The notes beneath the pieces are model-generated. The model did no database searches. It was not told the DNA's origin and saw only the letters and a program-made list of their open reading frames with translations. A DNA stretch of 64,000 nt from an uncultured Gammaproteobacteria bacterium (lineage in GTDB: Bacteria > Patescibacteriota > Patescibacteriia > XYB2-FULL-38-15). The position numbers were made by a program, and so were the translations under genes. Shown piece after piece: positions 20,518 through 30,284 of this stretch. The DNA is taken from the NCBI GenBank assembly GCA_965231095.1, contig OZ246416.1:50938-114937 (forward strand). Direction: 5' to 3'. Position 1 is the stretch's first letter; each line of letters opens with the position of its first letter.

Positions 20518-21969
20518 ATGAAAAAACTCATCGCGAAAAAAGTATTTTTTGGGGTGGCGATTTTTGTTGTCACCTTTTTGCCATTTGGCCTCGGCGCCCA
20601 ATCTTTAGAATACGATTTGGGCATAAGCGCGGGTGATATTTTCTTTTCAGAGGCAACTTTAATCGCGGGCAAGCCAATGAGGCTTTATGCCTCCATAAGA
20701 AATTATGGCACGAGAGATGTTTCGGGTTATGCCACTTTTTATTCGGGTCCAACCATTATTGGTTCATCGCAAGTCGTTTCAGTGCGCGCCGGCGGTTATA
20801 GCGACGAAGTTTTTGTTGACTGGACCATTCCCGAAGGAAGTTTCAATGTGAAAGTTGATATAAATGGCCAATTGCCTCAAGATCAAAATCCATCCAACGA
20901 TTCGGCCCTGACTGGAATGTTTTTTCCGGAAAAAGATACCGATGGCGATGGAGTGATTGATAAAAATGACAATTGCCCCAGCATGGCGAATTCCAACCAA
21001 ACAGATACCGACGGCGATGGAATAGGAAATGTTTGCGATGCCGACGATGATAATGACGGATTGACTGATGTAAAAGAACAAGAAATCGGGACAGATCAAC
21101 TTGATTCAGATACTGACAATGACGGAGTTTTAGACGGCCAAGATAATTGCCCAAAAGTTTCCAACGCGAACCAAGCCGATAAAGACAAAGATGGCGCGGG
21201 TGATGCTTGCGATTCAGTTGATAATAGCGGTCCGCCGCCAAGTTCTGGCGGTGGCTCCTCCTCTCCGGTTGATACAGATGGAGACGGAGTGGCCGACGGC
21301 CGTGATAATTGTAAAACAGTGGCTAACGCTTCCCAGGCAGACAACGATAAAGACGGGATCGGAGATGTTTGCGATTCTGATGATGATAATGACGGAGTGA
21401 GCGACGTCGACGAAGGAAAAACCGGGACTGATCCAAAAAATTCAGATACTGATAATGATGGGACAAAAGACGGCGATGATGCCGCGCCATTGAATCAAGA
21501 TGAAAGTGGTGTCTTAGGCGAAGAGGGTGGAGAGGGTGAGGATGTTTTAGTAGGCGGAGGAACTCTCAGGGGCGACGATTTTTCCGGACAAACCACGGGA
21601 CTAGAAAATATATTTATTGATTCATCCCAACTAAGTTGGAATACTTTTATTTTTAAAGTCAGAGATAATTCCGGAATGGAAAATTTAAGTTATGACTGGG
21701 ATTTAGGGGATAATACGGCCGCCTCCGGAAGCGAAGCCCAGCATTCCTACGGAAAGTCGGGGACGTACCTTGTAATTTTAAGCATTAATGACGGAGCGGG
21801 CGTTGTGAAAAAAGTTCCGACCACCGTGCGAGTAAGTTTCTTGTCAGTAAAAAATCCATACCTCTCTTTCCCGCTCGGAATTTTGTTTGGCTTGACAATT
21901 CTTTTCGGAACCAGAAAATGGTTAAAGAAGAAAAATGAATTGAACGAGATAGACGGAGAAATTAAATAG
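20518..21969 (+). CDS. Surface protein: CARDB-like domain, thrombospondin type-3 Ca-binding repeats, PKD domain, C-terminal TM
   Basis: Signal peptide; repeated DTDGDG..D..DNCP...N.NQ.D.D.DG.G..CD; YDWDLGD...HSY.K.G.Y PKD motif. Confidence 0.88.
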   Translation: MKKLIAKKVFFGVAIFVVTFLPFGLGAQSLEYDLGISAGDIFFSEATLIAGKPMRLYASIRNYGTRDVSGYATFYSGPTIIGSSQVVSVRAGGYSDEVFVDWTIPEGSFNVKVDINGQLPQDQNPSNDSALTGMFFPEKDTDGDGVIDKNDNCPSMANSNQTDTDGDGIGNVCDADDDNDGLTDVKEQEIGTDQLDSDTDNDGVLDGQDNCPKVSNANQADKDKDGAGDACDSVDNSGPPPSSGGGSSSPVDTDGDGVADGRDNCKTVANASQADNDKDGIGDVCDSDDDNDGVSDVDEGKTGTDPKNSDTDNDGTKDGDDAAPLNQDESGVLGEEGGEGEDVLVGGGTLRGDDFSGQTTGLENIFIDSSQLSWNTFIFKVRDNSGMENLSYDWDLGDNTAASGSEAQHSYGKSGTYLVILSINDGAGVVKKVPTTVRVSFLSVKNPYLSFPLGILFGLTILFGTRKWLKKKNELNEIDGEIK

Positions 21970-21996
21970 ATTTAAAAATATTTTTAAGGAGGTACT

Positions 21997-23178
21997 ATGG
22001 CAAAAAACAAAACATCGCGAAAACATGAGGCGCCGGTCAGTTTTTATAGAAAAATCGCTTTTGTTTTCGTGGCGCTGACGAGTGTTTTAATAATTTTCGC
22101 GGCGTACTTTGTTTTGAGTAGGGCCGAGATAACCGTGACTATTGCCAAGGAATCGGTCAGTACGGATTTTATTGCCGACTTGAAGGAAGTGGCTGTGCAA
22201 AATCCGGCCGAGCCGTCGGTTGCCGTGCCCGGCGCGGCGACAATTTCGGGAAAAGTTACGGAAGCGACTGTTTCGGGAAGCGAAGAGTATCCGACTACCG
22301 GGAAGAAAACCGCGGAAGGGGAGGTGGGCGGGACGGTTACAATTTTTAACAATTACAGCAAAGACCAGCCGCTTGTGGCGACCACGCGATTGCTTTCTTC
22401 AGAAGGTATTTTATATCGTCTAAAAAACAGAGTTAACGTCCCAGCCGGCGGCAAAGTGGAAAATGTGGAAGTCTACGCCGACACGCCCTCGGAGGCGGCA
22501 TCAAAACTCGGGCCGACAAAATTTACCATTCCCGGACTTTGGGAAGGATTACAAGATAAAATTTATGCCCAGAGTTTTGGGGCGATGCACGGCGGAGAGC
22601 AAGAAGTTAAATTTGCCACACAAGCTGATCTGGATAATGCTTACGCCGATTTAACAAAAACTCTTTCGGAACAACTATTGAATGATTTAAAAAAGGAAAT
22701 GCCCTCGGCCGGAGAGATTTTTGGAAAAGTTGTAATAAAAGAAATTTCTGAAAAACGCAGTAGTCTTAAGGCAGACGCCGTGGGAGATAAATTTACCATC
22801 AACTTGAAAATGAAAGTTATTGGCATCGCTTTTTACAAGCGAGATTTGGAAAGTTTGGCATGGCAAGAATTGAGCGCGAAAATTCCGGCGGATAAAGAGT
22901 TAAAGAGCGTTGATTATGAAGGCATGACTTTCCTGGTGGAAAAATATGATGTGGAAAGCGGCGAGGCAAATATTTTAGTTCATCTTGCCGGAGAGATGGC
23001 TCTGAAAGTTGACAGCTCCATTTTTGACAAAGATAAATTTATCGGACTCTCCAAGGAAAAAATAATCCAGTATCTGTCTATTTATCCGGAGATTGAACGC
23101 ATCACCATAAAATTTTCTCCTTTCTGGGTGAAAAAAGTTCCGCAGATAAAAAATAATATCAGCATCATTGTTAAATAA
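21997..23178 (+). CDS. Hypothetical membrane-anchored protein (baseplate J-like, CPR-type)
   Basis: N-terminal TM; G.VTIFN....QPLVATTRL, FTIPGL, SPFW..K.P motifs; AAGGAGG SD. Confidence 0.7.
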   Translation: MAKNKTSRKHEAPVSFYRKIAFVFVALTSVLIIFAAYFVLSRAEITVTIAKESVSTDFIADLKEVAVQNPAEPSVAVPGAATISGKVTEATVSGSEEYPTTGKKTAEGEVGGTVTIFNNYSKDQPLVATTRLLSSEGILYRLKNRVNVPAGGKVENVEVYADTPSEAASKLGPTKFTIPGLWEGLQDKIYAQSFGAMHGGEQEVKFATQADLDNAYADLTKTLSEQLLNDLKKEMPSAGEIFGKVVIKEISEKRSSLKADAVGDKFTINLKMKVIGIAFYKRDLESLAWQELSAKIPADKELKSVDYEGMTFLVEKYDVESGEANILVHLAGEMALKVDSSIFDKDKFIGLSKEKIIQYLSIYPEIERITIKFSPFWVKKVPQIKNNISIIVK

Positions 23179-23249
23179 AGGGCTTCGCCCTGTGTTATCT
23201 GCACTCGCTCGGAAATGAATAAATTCATTTCTCTTACTCGCTTGATAAT
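23178..23249. repeat. Palindromic intergenic element
   Basis: AGGGC-TTC-GCCCT hairpin and GAAATGAAT-AA-ATTCATTTC (23212-23231). Confidence 0.55.
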
Positions 23250-23302
23250 AAAAAATTTATATTTATAGAATCTTTGTAAATGGGGGAGACAAAGTTTTAT
23301 TT

Positions 23303-25087
23303 ATGAATAAAGAAAAATTGGAAATGATGAGACATTCCGCGGCACATGTTTTGGCAGCCGCTGTTTTGGAGTTATATCCGACCGCGAAATTCGGAGTGGG
23401 GCCGGTTGTGGAAAATGGATTTTATTATGATTTTGAATTGGGAAAAAATTTGACCGTGGCTGATTTGCCAAAAATTGAAAGTAAAATGCGCGAAATTATA
23501 AAAAGGAATTTGCCCTTTGAAAGACAAGAATTGTCGCGCGAAGAAGCAATCAAACTTTTTGAACAATATAAACAGCCGTATAAATTGGAATTGTTGCGCG
23601 AGGGAACGGTGGGCGTTGAAGGGAAAATGGAATCGCTTGGTGAACGCGTCACAATTTATAAAACCGGAAAATTTACCGATCTTTGCCGGGGGCCGCATAT
23701 CCCGACGACGCGGGGGATCGGCGTTTTTAAATTGACGACCGTGGCCGGCGCGTATTGGCGCGGCGATGAAAATAAGCCGATGCTCCAGCGGATTTATGGT
23801 GTGGCTTTTGAAACGCAGAAAGAATTGGATGAATATTTGAAAATGCGGGAAGAAGCAGAAAAACGAGATCATAGAAAGCTTGGAAAAGATCTGCAGATAT
23901 TTTCCTTCAGTGATTTTGTCGGTCCGGGTTTGCCGCTTTGGCTTCCGAACGGCGCAGTGGTTATTAATGAATTGGAAAAATTAGCGAAAGAAACGGAGCG
24001 CGAAGCCGGGTATCTTGAAGTCAGAACGCCGCATGTTGCCAAGGAAGAAATGTATTTAAAATCCGGGCATCTTCCGTACTATAAAGACAGCATGTTTCCT
24101 CCAATGATTATGATGGAAGAAAATGGCCAAAAGACGACGTATTACCTGAAAGCGATGAATTGTCCGCACCATCATCAAATTTTTGCGGCCGATCCCAAGA
24201 GTTATCGCGATATGCCGCTCCGACTCGCGGAATATGGAACTTGTTATCGTTATGAAAAAAGCGGTGAACTTTTTGGTTTGATGCGCGTTCGGATGCTCTC
24301 CATGAACGATGCCCATATTTATTGCACTGAAGAACAATTTGCTAATGAGTTTATGGGCGTGATAAAACTTTATTTGAAATATTTTAAAATTTTCGGAATC
24401 AAAAAATACGTGATGCGGTTAAGTTTGCACAGCAAAGAGGGTTTGGGCAAAAAATATATTGATAACCCCGAACTTTGGAAAAAAACAGAAGAGATGGTGC
24501 GAGCGGCGATGAAAAAAGGAAAAGTTTCTTTTGTGGAGGTGGCTGACGAGGCGGCATTTTACGGGCCGAAAATTGATGTGCAAATTTGGAGCGCGATCGG
24601 CCGGGAGTTTACGCTCGCCACCAATCAAGTTGATTTTGCCGTGCCGGAAAGATTCGGTCTGGCTTACAAAGATGCTGACGGAAAAGATAAAACGCCGATT
24701 TGCATTCATCGCGCGCCCCTCTCCACTCATGAACGAATGATCGGATTTTTGCTTGAGCATTATGCTGGGGCTTTTCCGACGTGGCTCGCGCCCGTGCAGG
24801 TAGCCGTGATTCCGGTTGGCAAGCGCCACGTTAAGGCATCGCAGAAGTTGGGAAAAGAATTACGTGCAGAGGGGATTAGAGTTCAGGTCGAAGACGCCAA
24901 CGAAACAGTTGGTTACAAGATCAGAAAAGCGGAAAAACAAAAAGCGCCGTATATGCTCGTGATCGGAGATAAGGAAATGGGTGGGAAGAAGTTAAACGTC
25001 CGCGTCCGCGGTAAACAAAAGACCGTAGCGATGACCGTGAAGAAATTTATTGAAAAAGTTAAGACGGAAATTGATAAGAGAAAATAA
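23303..25087 (+). CDS. thrS: Threonine-tRNA ligase (lacks the N-terminal TGS domain)
   Basis: RHSAAH, DLCRGPH, RDHRKLG, MNCPHH, AFYGPKID. Confidence 0.97.
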   Translation: MNKEKLEMMRHSAAHVLAAAVLELYPTAKFGVGPVVENGFYYDFELGKNLTVADLPKIESKMREIIKRNLPFERQELSREEAIKLFEQYKQPYKLELLREGTVGVEGKMESLGERVTIYKTGKFTDLCRGPHIPTTRGIGVFKLTTVAGAYWRGDENKPMLQRIYGVAFETQKELDEYLKMREEAEKRDHRKLGKDLQIFSFSDFVGPGLPLWLPNGAVVINELEKLAKETEREAGYLEVRTPHVAKEEMYLKSGHLPYYKDSMFPPMIMMEENGQKTTYYLKAMNCPHHHQIFAADPKSYRDMPLRLAEYGTCYRYEKSGELFGLMRVRMLSMNDAHIYCTEEQFANEFMGVIKLYLKYFKIFGIKKYVMRLSLHSKEGLGKKYIDNPELWKKTEEMVRAAMKKGKVSFVEVADEAAFYGPKIDVQIWSAIGREFTLATNQVDFAVPERFGLAYKDADGKDKTPICIHRAPLSTHERMIGFLLEHYAGAFPTWLAPVQVAVIPVGKRHVKASQKLGKELRAEGIRVQVEDANETVGYKIRKAEKQKAPYMLVIGDKEMGGKKLNVRVRGKQKTVAMTVKKFIEKVKTEIDKRK

Positions 25088-25110
25088 TGGATCTAAATCT
25101 ACAAAATAAC

Positions 25111-25138
25111 AAAAACCCGCCGGCGAGGCGGGTTTTTT
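25111..25138. terminator. Bidirectional intrinsic terminator
   Basis: AAAAACCCGCC-GGCGA-GGCGGGTTTTTT between convergent genes. Confidence 0.85.
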
Positions 25139-25145
25139 AACATAT

Positions 25146-26522
25146 TTAAGCTACTTTGGATTTTATTCTATCAATGGTTTCTTGATCTCGCGCCTTAAGA
25201 TGTTTTTCTCTGGTTTCCCGGAGTTCGCGAAGCTGCTCAGTTATTTTTTGCATGTCCGCGATATTTCCTTGATGTTCCGCAAGGTTACGTTCCATTTGGA
25301 GAATTTCCGTTTGAGTTGTGTAAAGCGTGTCTTCCACACCGCGCGCTCCGCCCAATACCATAATTTCTTCCAATCTTTTTTTACTGGTCAGCGGCTTTAA
25401 TCCTTTTTCCATGGTTTTAGCCATAGGTAAAAGTTTTCCAAGATACTCGGACATTTCCCGGAGTTTTTGGAGATCAACCTCTATTTTAGCGGCTTGCTCG
25501 GGAGTGATAGTTGGTTCCTCGGCCGCTTCCATGGCTTCAATCTTTTCTGGAACCTCAATAACAAGCGCAGTTTTATCATCTTCTTTAGATCTTAAAACTT
25601 TTTTAGCAACACGTTTTCCTGCCGCCTCAACAAGCCGCGCGGAAATTTCCGCTGGCGTTCCGCCTTTTATCATTTCTAACTGAATTTCCTCATCGGTTAG
25701 ATTATCGTGGATACCATCAGAAGTAACAACTGTTAGGTCGCCCGGCTCAAGGTGTTCAATGCCTGTTTGAAATTCACATCCGTTAAGTCCAAGGGCGCTC
25801 TTTACGCCTCGTCGTAAATCTTTGTAAAGAAGGGCTACGGTTTTACCTCTTTCCGGTCCGAATTTTTGAATTATTTCCTCTTTGCTGGTCGCTTGGTCAA
25901 TAAAATCGGCCTCTTCTTTTGTAATGTATTTGTTTTGAACAGCTTCTTCTAGGGCGCCTTGATCTTTCGTTAGTCTTTTAAATTCCTTACCTCCCTTTAA
26001 AACATAAATTCTACTGTCGCCAGTGTGACCGAATACCAAGTCGGCGCCGCCGTCTGGTTGTTCAAGCATTTTTATGATAGAAGCTGTTGTTCCTGCAGGG
26101 GACATTCCCTTTTCCATAATTAATTCTTGGATTTTATCTTGGGGTTGGTCTTTATAGGCGGCTTCAGTAAAGGGGTCGTCTAATTGTTCAAAAAAAAGAT
26201 GGTTGCCTAATTTTATAACTTCTTCTTGAGTTTTTTCTAGGGCTCGTCTAATAGCAGTCTCCCATTTTTTGGCATCGACCCCCTCGGGGACTCGAGCTAG
26301 CTCTTCAGAAGAAATTTTGGCAGCTAATTCACTAGTTTGTTTTCCAGCCAAACCACCGCCCATGCCATCAAAAAGACCAGATAATTCTTTTTGGGCGTCT
26401 ACAAAAGTAGAGTCTTCATTGTCGGGATGGTTTTTTGATTTTTCAGAAGTTTTTGCGATATGGGCCGCAATTTTTTCTATTTCTGGCGCCGCAATTTTTT
26501 CTGCCCTTGAAGTTTGTGGCAT
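25146..26522 (-). CDS. PP2C/PPM-family protein phosphatase with C-terminal coiled coil
   Basis: NED, FDGMGG, GTT, HTGDSRIY, TSDGIHDNL, DD.T motifs. Confidence 0.85.
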   Translation of the reverse strand: MPQTSRAEKIAAPEIEKIAAHIAKTSEKSKNHPDNEDSTFVDAQKELSGLFDGMGGGLAGKQTSELAAKISSEELARVPEGVDAKKWETAIRRALEKTQEEVIKLGNHLFFEQLDDPFTEAAYKDQPQDKIQELIMEKGMSPAGTTASIIKMLEQPDGGADLVFGHTGDSRIYVLKGGKEFKRLTKDQGALEEAVQNKYITKEEADFIDQATSKEEIIQKFGPERGKTVALLYKDLRRGVKSALGLNGCEFQTGIEHLEPGDLTVVTSDGIHDNLTDEEIQLEMIKGGTPAEISARLVEAAGKRVAKKVLRSKEDDKTALVIEVPEKIEAMEAAEEPTITPEQAAKIEVDLQKLREMSEYLGKLLPMAKTMEKGLKPLTSKKRLEEIMVLGGARGVEDTLYTTQTEILQMERNLAEHQGNIADMQKITEQLRELRETREKHLKARDQETIDRIKSKVA

Positions 26523-26599
26523 ATAAATTAATCAAGAATTATTCTTTTATTTTAACATAAAATCATAGCTTATTTAAGAGAAAAAGTCAACCCTACGTA

Positions 26600-26650
26600 A
26601 AAAATAAAAAAAAGGGGACCGAAGCGCTTTTTCGCGTCGATCCCATGCGG
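26600..26650 (-). terminator. Terminator of the 26651-27055 cassette
   Basis: Minus strand GGGATCGA-CGCGAAAAAGCGC-TTCGGTCCC followed by a T run. Confidence 0.7.
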
Positions 26651-27055
26651 TCACGAGGTTTCCTTGACCTCGTGTATTTTGTCCTCCTTGGTGGCGACAA
26701 ACGACTTTTCTTGTTCACCAGCCACAAAGACGATTTCTAGCGTTTTCCACTCCCCGAGGGGTTCTTCGCGGCCCGTTTTCGGGTCGCGGAACTCAATCCT
26801 CGCATAATGGATGTTCTCTTCGTTCGAAAAATGATGGAGCCCCTGACAGCGTCCTCCATCAAGAGTCCGCTCGCCGCCGTTCACAATGAAGCGGAAAATC
26901 ACGTGGCTGGTGATCCAGTGGTAATTCACATCACCGGTTGCAGCCAAGCGAAGGTAAAGGCAGCCGTTCATGTAGTCGAGGTCAAGCCTCGTGATTCGGT
27001 CCAAGAGTTGCCGATGGAGTCTGCCATCGGCGAAGATACTTTTTACTTCACCCAT
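26651..27055 (-). CDS. Orphan hypothetical protein in a GC-rich cassette
   Basis: 134 aa; AAAGGAG SD; own promoter and terminator. Confidence 0.7.
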   Translation of the reverse strand: MGEVKSIFADGRLHRQLLDRITRLDLDYMNGCLYLRLAATGDVNYHWITSHVIFRFIVNGGERTLDGGRCQGLHHFSNEENIHYARIEFRDPKTGREEPLGEWKTLEIVFVAGEQEKSFVATKEDKIHEVKETS

Positions 27056-27100
27056 GGCGTACTCCTTTCTTTTGCCACGCGCTCCTTGTGGAGACCTCTT

Positions 27101-27129
27101 ATCTTATAATGATATCATAAATTTGTCAA
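27101..27129 (-). promoter_or_regulatory. Sigma70-like promoter
   Basis: TTGACA-17 nt-TAAGAT on the minus strand. Confidence 0.6.
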
Positions 27130-27173
27130 GCCTTGAAGAAAGTAAGGTTTTTTGATAGAATAATTTTACGAGT

Positions 27174-28460
27174 ATGAAAAAATATTTTATTATTTCCTAC
27201 GGCTGCCAAATGAATAAGAGCGATTCCGAGCGAGTGGCGGCGGCGCTGGAAAAAATCGGTTATAAGCCCGCTCGGAGCGAAGCGCAGGCTGATTTGGTTG
27301 TGCTCGTAGCGTGCTCCGTGCGGCAGGCGGCGGTGGATCGGCTTTTTGGGAAAGCAAGAGAGTTGGCCAAACTTAAAACTCATAACTTAAAACTTAAAAC
27401 AGTTTTAACCGGTTGCGTTTTGCCGCAGGACAAGAAAAAATTTATAGGCAAATTTGATTTTATTTTAAATTTAGAAGATATCTCAAAATTAAAAAATCCA
27501 AAATCCAAGATACAAGATACTAAATACAAAATACTAAACACGGGCTATTTGCACCTTCAGCCGCGGCGTACGGAAAAATTTCGCGCTTACGTGCCGATTA
27601 TGACCGGCTGTAATAATTTTTGTTCATACTGCGCCGTGCCTTATGTCCGGGGAAGGGAAGCAAGCCGCCCAGCCGCCGAAGTCCTGGCCGAAATAAAAAA
27701 TTTAGCAAAAAATGGCTGCCTTGAGGTGACACTTCTTGGACAAAATGTAAATGCTTATCGGCCGAGTGACGTGAAAATTTTTTCCAAAAAAAATCCATAT
27801 AAGCATCCTTTTGCCGCGCTCTTATGGGAAGCAAATCAAACCCCGGGTATAGAGCGAATATTTTTTACCGCGCCGCATCCGCGCGATATGACGGACGATG
27901 TAATTCGCGCTCTGACTTTACCCAAAATGGTAAATTATTTGCATCTGCCGGTGCAGGCGGGCGATGATGAAGTTTTAAAACGGATGAATCGCCGTTATAC
28001 CGTGGCAGATTATTTAAAATTGGTGGCGAAAATAAAAAAGAAAAAACCGGGCATCGCGCTCGGCACGGATATTATTGTTGGATTTCCCGGCGAAACCAAA
28101 AAGGCGTTTCAAAATACTGTGGAACTTTATAAAAAAGCGGATTTTGATATCGCGTATCTGGCAATATACTCGCCACGGCAGGGGACAGCGGCAGCGAAAT
28201 TAGTTGATGATGTTCCGCGGCAAGAGAAAAAACGTCGGCGGGATATTTTGCAAAAGTTAATGGAGAAAATAGTTTTAGAAAAAAATCAAAAGTATGTCGG
28301 AAAGACAGTGTCAGTTTTGGTTGATAAATTTAAAAACGGCCAGTGTGTCGGTAATTCGCGGGAAATGAAAGTAGTACGATTTTCCGGAAAGAAAAATATG
28401 GTTGGGAAAATTTTTGAGGTTAAAGTTAAAAAAGCGTTGGAGTGGATTTTGGAAGGATAA
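27174..28460 (+). CDS. miaB: tRNA methylthiotransferase MiaB
   Basis: YGCQMN.SDSE, GCNNFCSYCAVP, GTDIIVGFPGET, TRAM domain. Confidence 0.95.
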   Translation: MKKYFIISYGCQMNKSDSERVAAALEKIGYKPARSEAQADLVVLVACSVRQAAVDRLFGKARELAKLKTHNLKLKTVLTGCVLPQDKKKFIGKFDFILNLEDISKLKNPKSKIQDTKYKILNTGYLHLQPRRTEKFRAYVPIMTGCNNFCSYCAVPYVRGREASRPAAEVLAEIKNLAKNGCLEVTLLGQNVNAYRPSDVKIFSKKNPYKHPFAALLWEANQTPGIERIFFTAPHPRDMTDDVIRALTLPKMVNYLHLPVQAGDDEVLKRMNRRYTVADYLKLVAKIKKKKPGIALGTDIIVGFPGETKKAFQNTVELYKKADFDIAYLAIYSPRQGTAAAKLVDDVPRQEKKRRRDILQKLMEKIVLEKNQKYVGKTVSVLVDKFKNGQCVGNSREMKVVRFSGKKNMVGKIFEVKVKKALEWILEG

Positions 28461-28505
28461 AAAAAGGGCTCGCTTTGAGGTGGAGCCCGTACCATTTGCT
28501 GTCCG

Positions 28506-28754
28506 CTAGCCGATCCTTTGGACGACTTTGACATCGTGGATCTTCTGGACGTCGAACCAGTGAGTTGCTTCGCAGAGCGGTTTGTGGGGTTGATCGTACC
28601 CGCAGGGCAAGAGTTGGAAGATGTGACCATGGACCGTGATCACCTCGCCGATAAAAGCGTCCCATGGGTCGACCCACAATTGTTTTCCCTCTTTAGCCGT
28701 CTTCACAAAAGAGATCAACTTGCCGAGGTACCTTTCGGCCGATGCTTCAGCCAT
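28506..28754 (-). CDS. Small soluble orphan protein (possible Sm/Hfq-like or SH3-like beta fold)
   Basis: 82 aa from ATG 28754, GAGGAGG SD, overlaps upstream ORF, followed by GGGCTC..GAGCCC-T7 terminator. Confidence 0.65.
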   Translation of the reverse strand: MAEASAERYLGKLISFVKTAKEGKQLWVDPWDAFIGEVITVHGHIFQLLPCGYDQPHKPLCEATHWFDVQKIHDVKVVQRIG

Positions 28755-28980
28755 CGTCTTCCTCCTCCTCTTCTTCGCAGTTTTTCTTGCGGGCGCGGCG
28801 GAGAGATTCAGCCACGCAAATGACAAGGACGACGGTCATGCCGACAAGCACGGCGATCATGTAGGCCTTTCGCCAGAAGGTCAGTCCCTCGGCGGGAAGA
28901 ACCACAATGACGCCGATCACGCAGAGAATCGCGAGTAGGGCGAAGAACAGAGCGCGTAGCACGCTCCAGAGTTGTTTCAT
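28747..28980 (-). CDS. Small 2-TM membrane protein
   Basis: MKQLWSV... 77 aa; ATGA overlap with the upstream ORF; GGGAG SD. Confidence 0.65.
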   Translation of the reverse strand: MKQLWSVLRALFFALLAILCVIGVIVVLPAEGLTFWRKAYMIAVLVGMTVVLVICVAESLRRARKKNCEEEEEEDDG

Positions 28981-29210
28981 GGGCGTGACTCCCCCCAACG
29001 CCGCCGGGCGAAAAGCGATGCCACCGAGGTGCCGACAACCGAAAGAGCAATCCCGACGAAGCATCCAAGGATCACTTCCGTCTTCAGCTCTCCGAAGAGG
29101 TTGGTATGCGCCGCCAGGGGAATCGCCGCGGCCAGGGTGCATCCGATCAGGGCGAAGACGAGCAGACAACGGCCCGTCCTATCCTCACGTCGCGATTCTT
29201 CAAGAGTCAT
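28977..29210 (-). CDS. Small 2-TM membrane protein
   Basis: MTLEESRR... 77 aa; AAAGGAGG SD; TTGACA at 29256-29261 (minus). Confidence 0.65.
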   Translation of the reverse strand: MTLEESRREDRTGRCLLVFALIGCTLAAAIPLAAHTNLFGELKTEVILGCFVGIALSVVGTSVASLFARRRWGESRP

Positions 29211-29248
29211 GGCTTCCTCCTTTGCCACTTATAAGTTAATATAAAAAG

Positions 29249-30232
29249 ATGAAAGTGTCAAGAATTAAACCCCGCCTAAAGGCGGGACTCCGATCGGAGT
29301 ATAAATTGCCAAAACTAATTGTTATTTTAGGTCCGACGGCGTCGGGAAAGACGGGCTTGTCTTTGAAATTGGCAAAAAAATTTGGTGGAGAAATCGTGAA
29401 TGCCGACTCGCGGCAAGTTTATAAAAAAATGGATATTGGAACTGGAAAAGTTGAAAATAAAAAAGGAGTAAGGCATTATTTGTTGGACGTGGTCAATCCC
29501 GACGAAGAGTTTACTTTGGCAGGTTATAAAAAAAAAGCCGTGGCGGCGATTGACCATATTTTGAAACGTGGGAAAACCCCGTTTTTAGTCGGTGGCACTG
29601 GGTTATATATTCAAGCCATCGTGGACAACTTAACTATTCCCAGTGTTCCGCCGAATAAGAAACTTCGCACTGAATTCGAGCATGAACTGGCTAAAGCAAA
29701 AGAATTAGGAATTAAGAAGTATGAATTAAGAGTTTTGGAGAAGTGGTTTAAGAAATTATTAAAACTTGATCCTTGCGTAAAAGATGTAGTGGACGCTAAA
29801 AATCCGCGGAGAATAATTCGGGCGCTGGAAATTTGTCTTGCAACCGGCCGGCCGTTTTCAAAAATGCGGGGAAAGGGCGAGCCGTTGTTTCACGCGCTAC
29901 AACTTGGCATCACCATGCCGCGAGAAAAACTTTATAAAAATATTGATGATCGCGTAGACGAAATGATTAAAGACGGGTTAATAGAGGAGACAAAAAAATT
30001 ATTAAAAAAATATAATCCGAATATCCCATCAATGAGCGGGATTGGATATAAAGAAATAGGGGACTATCTGGGTGGAAGCTATGATTTAGATGAGGCGGCA
30101 GAGAAAATTAAATTTCGAACGCACGCGTACGCTCGGCGGCAGATGACGTGGTTCCGCCGTGGTAAAAGAATTAAGTGGATAAAAAATTATAAAGAAGCGG
30201 AACGAAAAATTGGTAAATGGCTAAATGGTTAA
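29249..30232 (+). CDS. miaA: tRNA dimethylallyltransferase (true start may be TTG 29306)
   Basis: GPTASGKT, ADSRQVY, GGTGLY, RRIIRALE, YARRQMTWF. Confidence 0.95.
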   Translation: MKVSRIKPRLKAGLRSEYKLPKLIVILGPTASGKTGLSLKLAKKFGGEIVNADSRQVYKKMDIGTGKVENKKGVRHYLLDVVNPDEEFTLAGYKKKAVAAIDHILKRGKTPFLVGGTGLYIQAIVDNLTIPSVPPNKKLRTEFEHELAKAKELGIKKYELRVLEKWFKKLLKLDPCVKDVVDAKNPRRIIRALEICLATGRPFSKMRGKGEPLFHALQLGITMPREKLYKNIDDRVDEMIKDGLIEETKKLLKKYNPNIPSMSGIGYKEIGDYLGGSYDLDEAAEKIKFRTHAYARRQMTWFRRGKRIKWIKNYKEAERKIGKWLNG

Positions 30233-30243
30233 ATTGTTAAAAC

Positions 30244-30280
30244 AAAAACGCCCCGGGATATAACCGAGGTGTTTTTTTAT
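30244..30280. terminator. Bidirectional terminator between miaA and gatB
   Basis: AAAAACGCCCCGG...CCGAGGTGTTTTTTT. Confidence 0.7.
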
Positions 30281-30284
30281 TTTT

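Noticed and set aside
20930-21490. Regularly recurring GA(T/C)GG(C/A)GA(T/C) DNA repeats
   Set aside because: These encode Asp-rich TSP3 protein repeats with synonymous variation; not a CRISPR array. No CRISPR array or cas gene was found anywhere in the window.
21997-23178. Prophage implied by a baseplate J-like protein
   Set aside because: It is membrane-anchored, sits between housekeeping genes, and no other phage genes are nearby.
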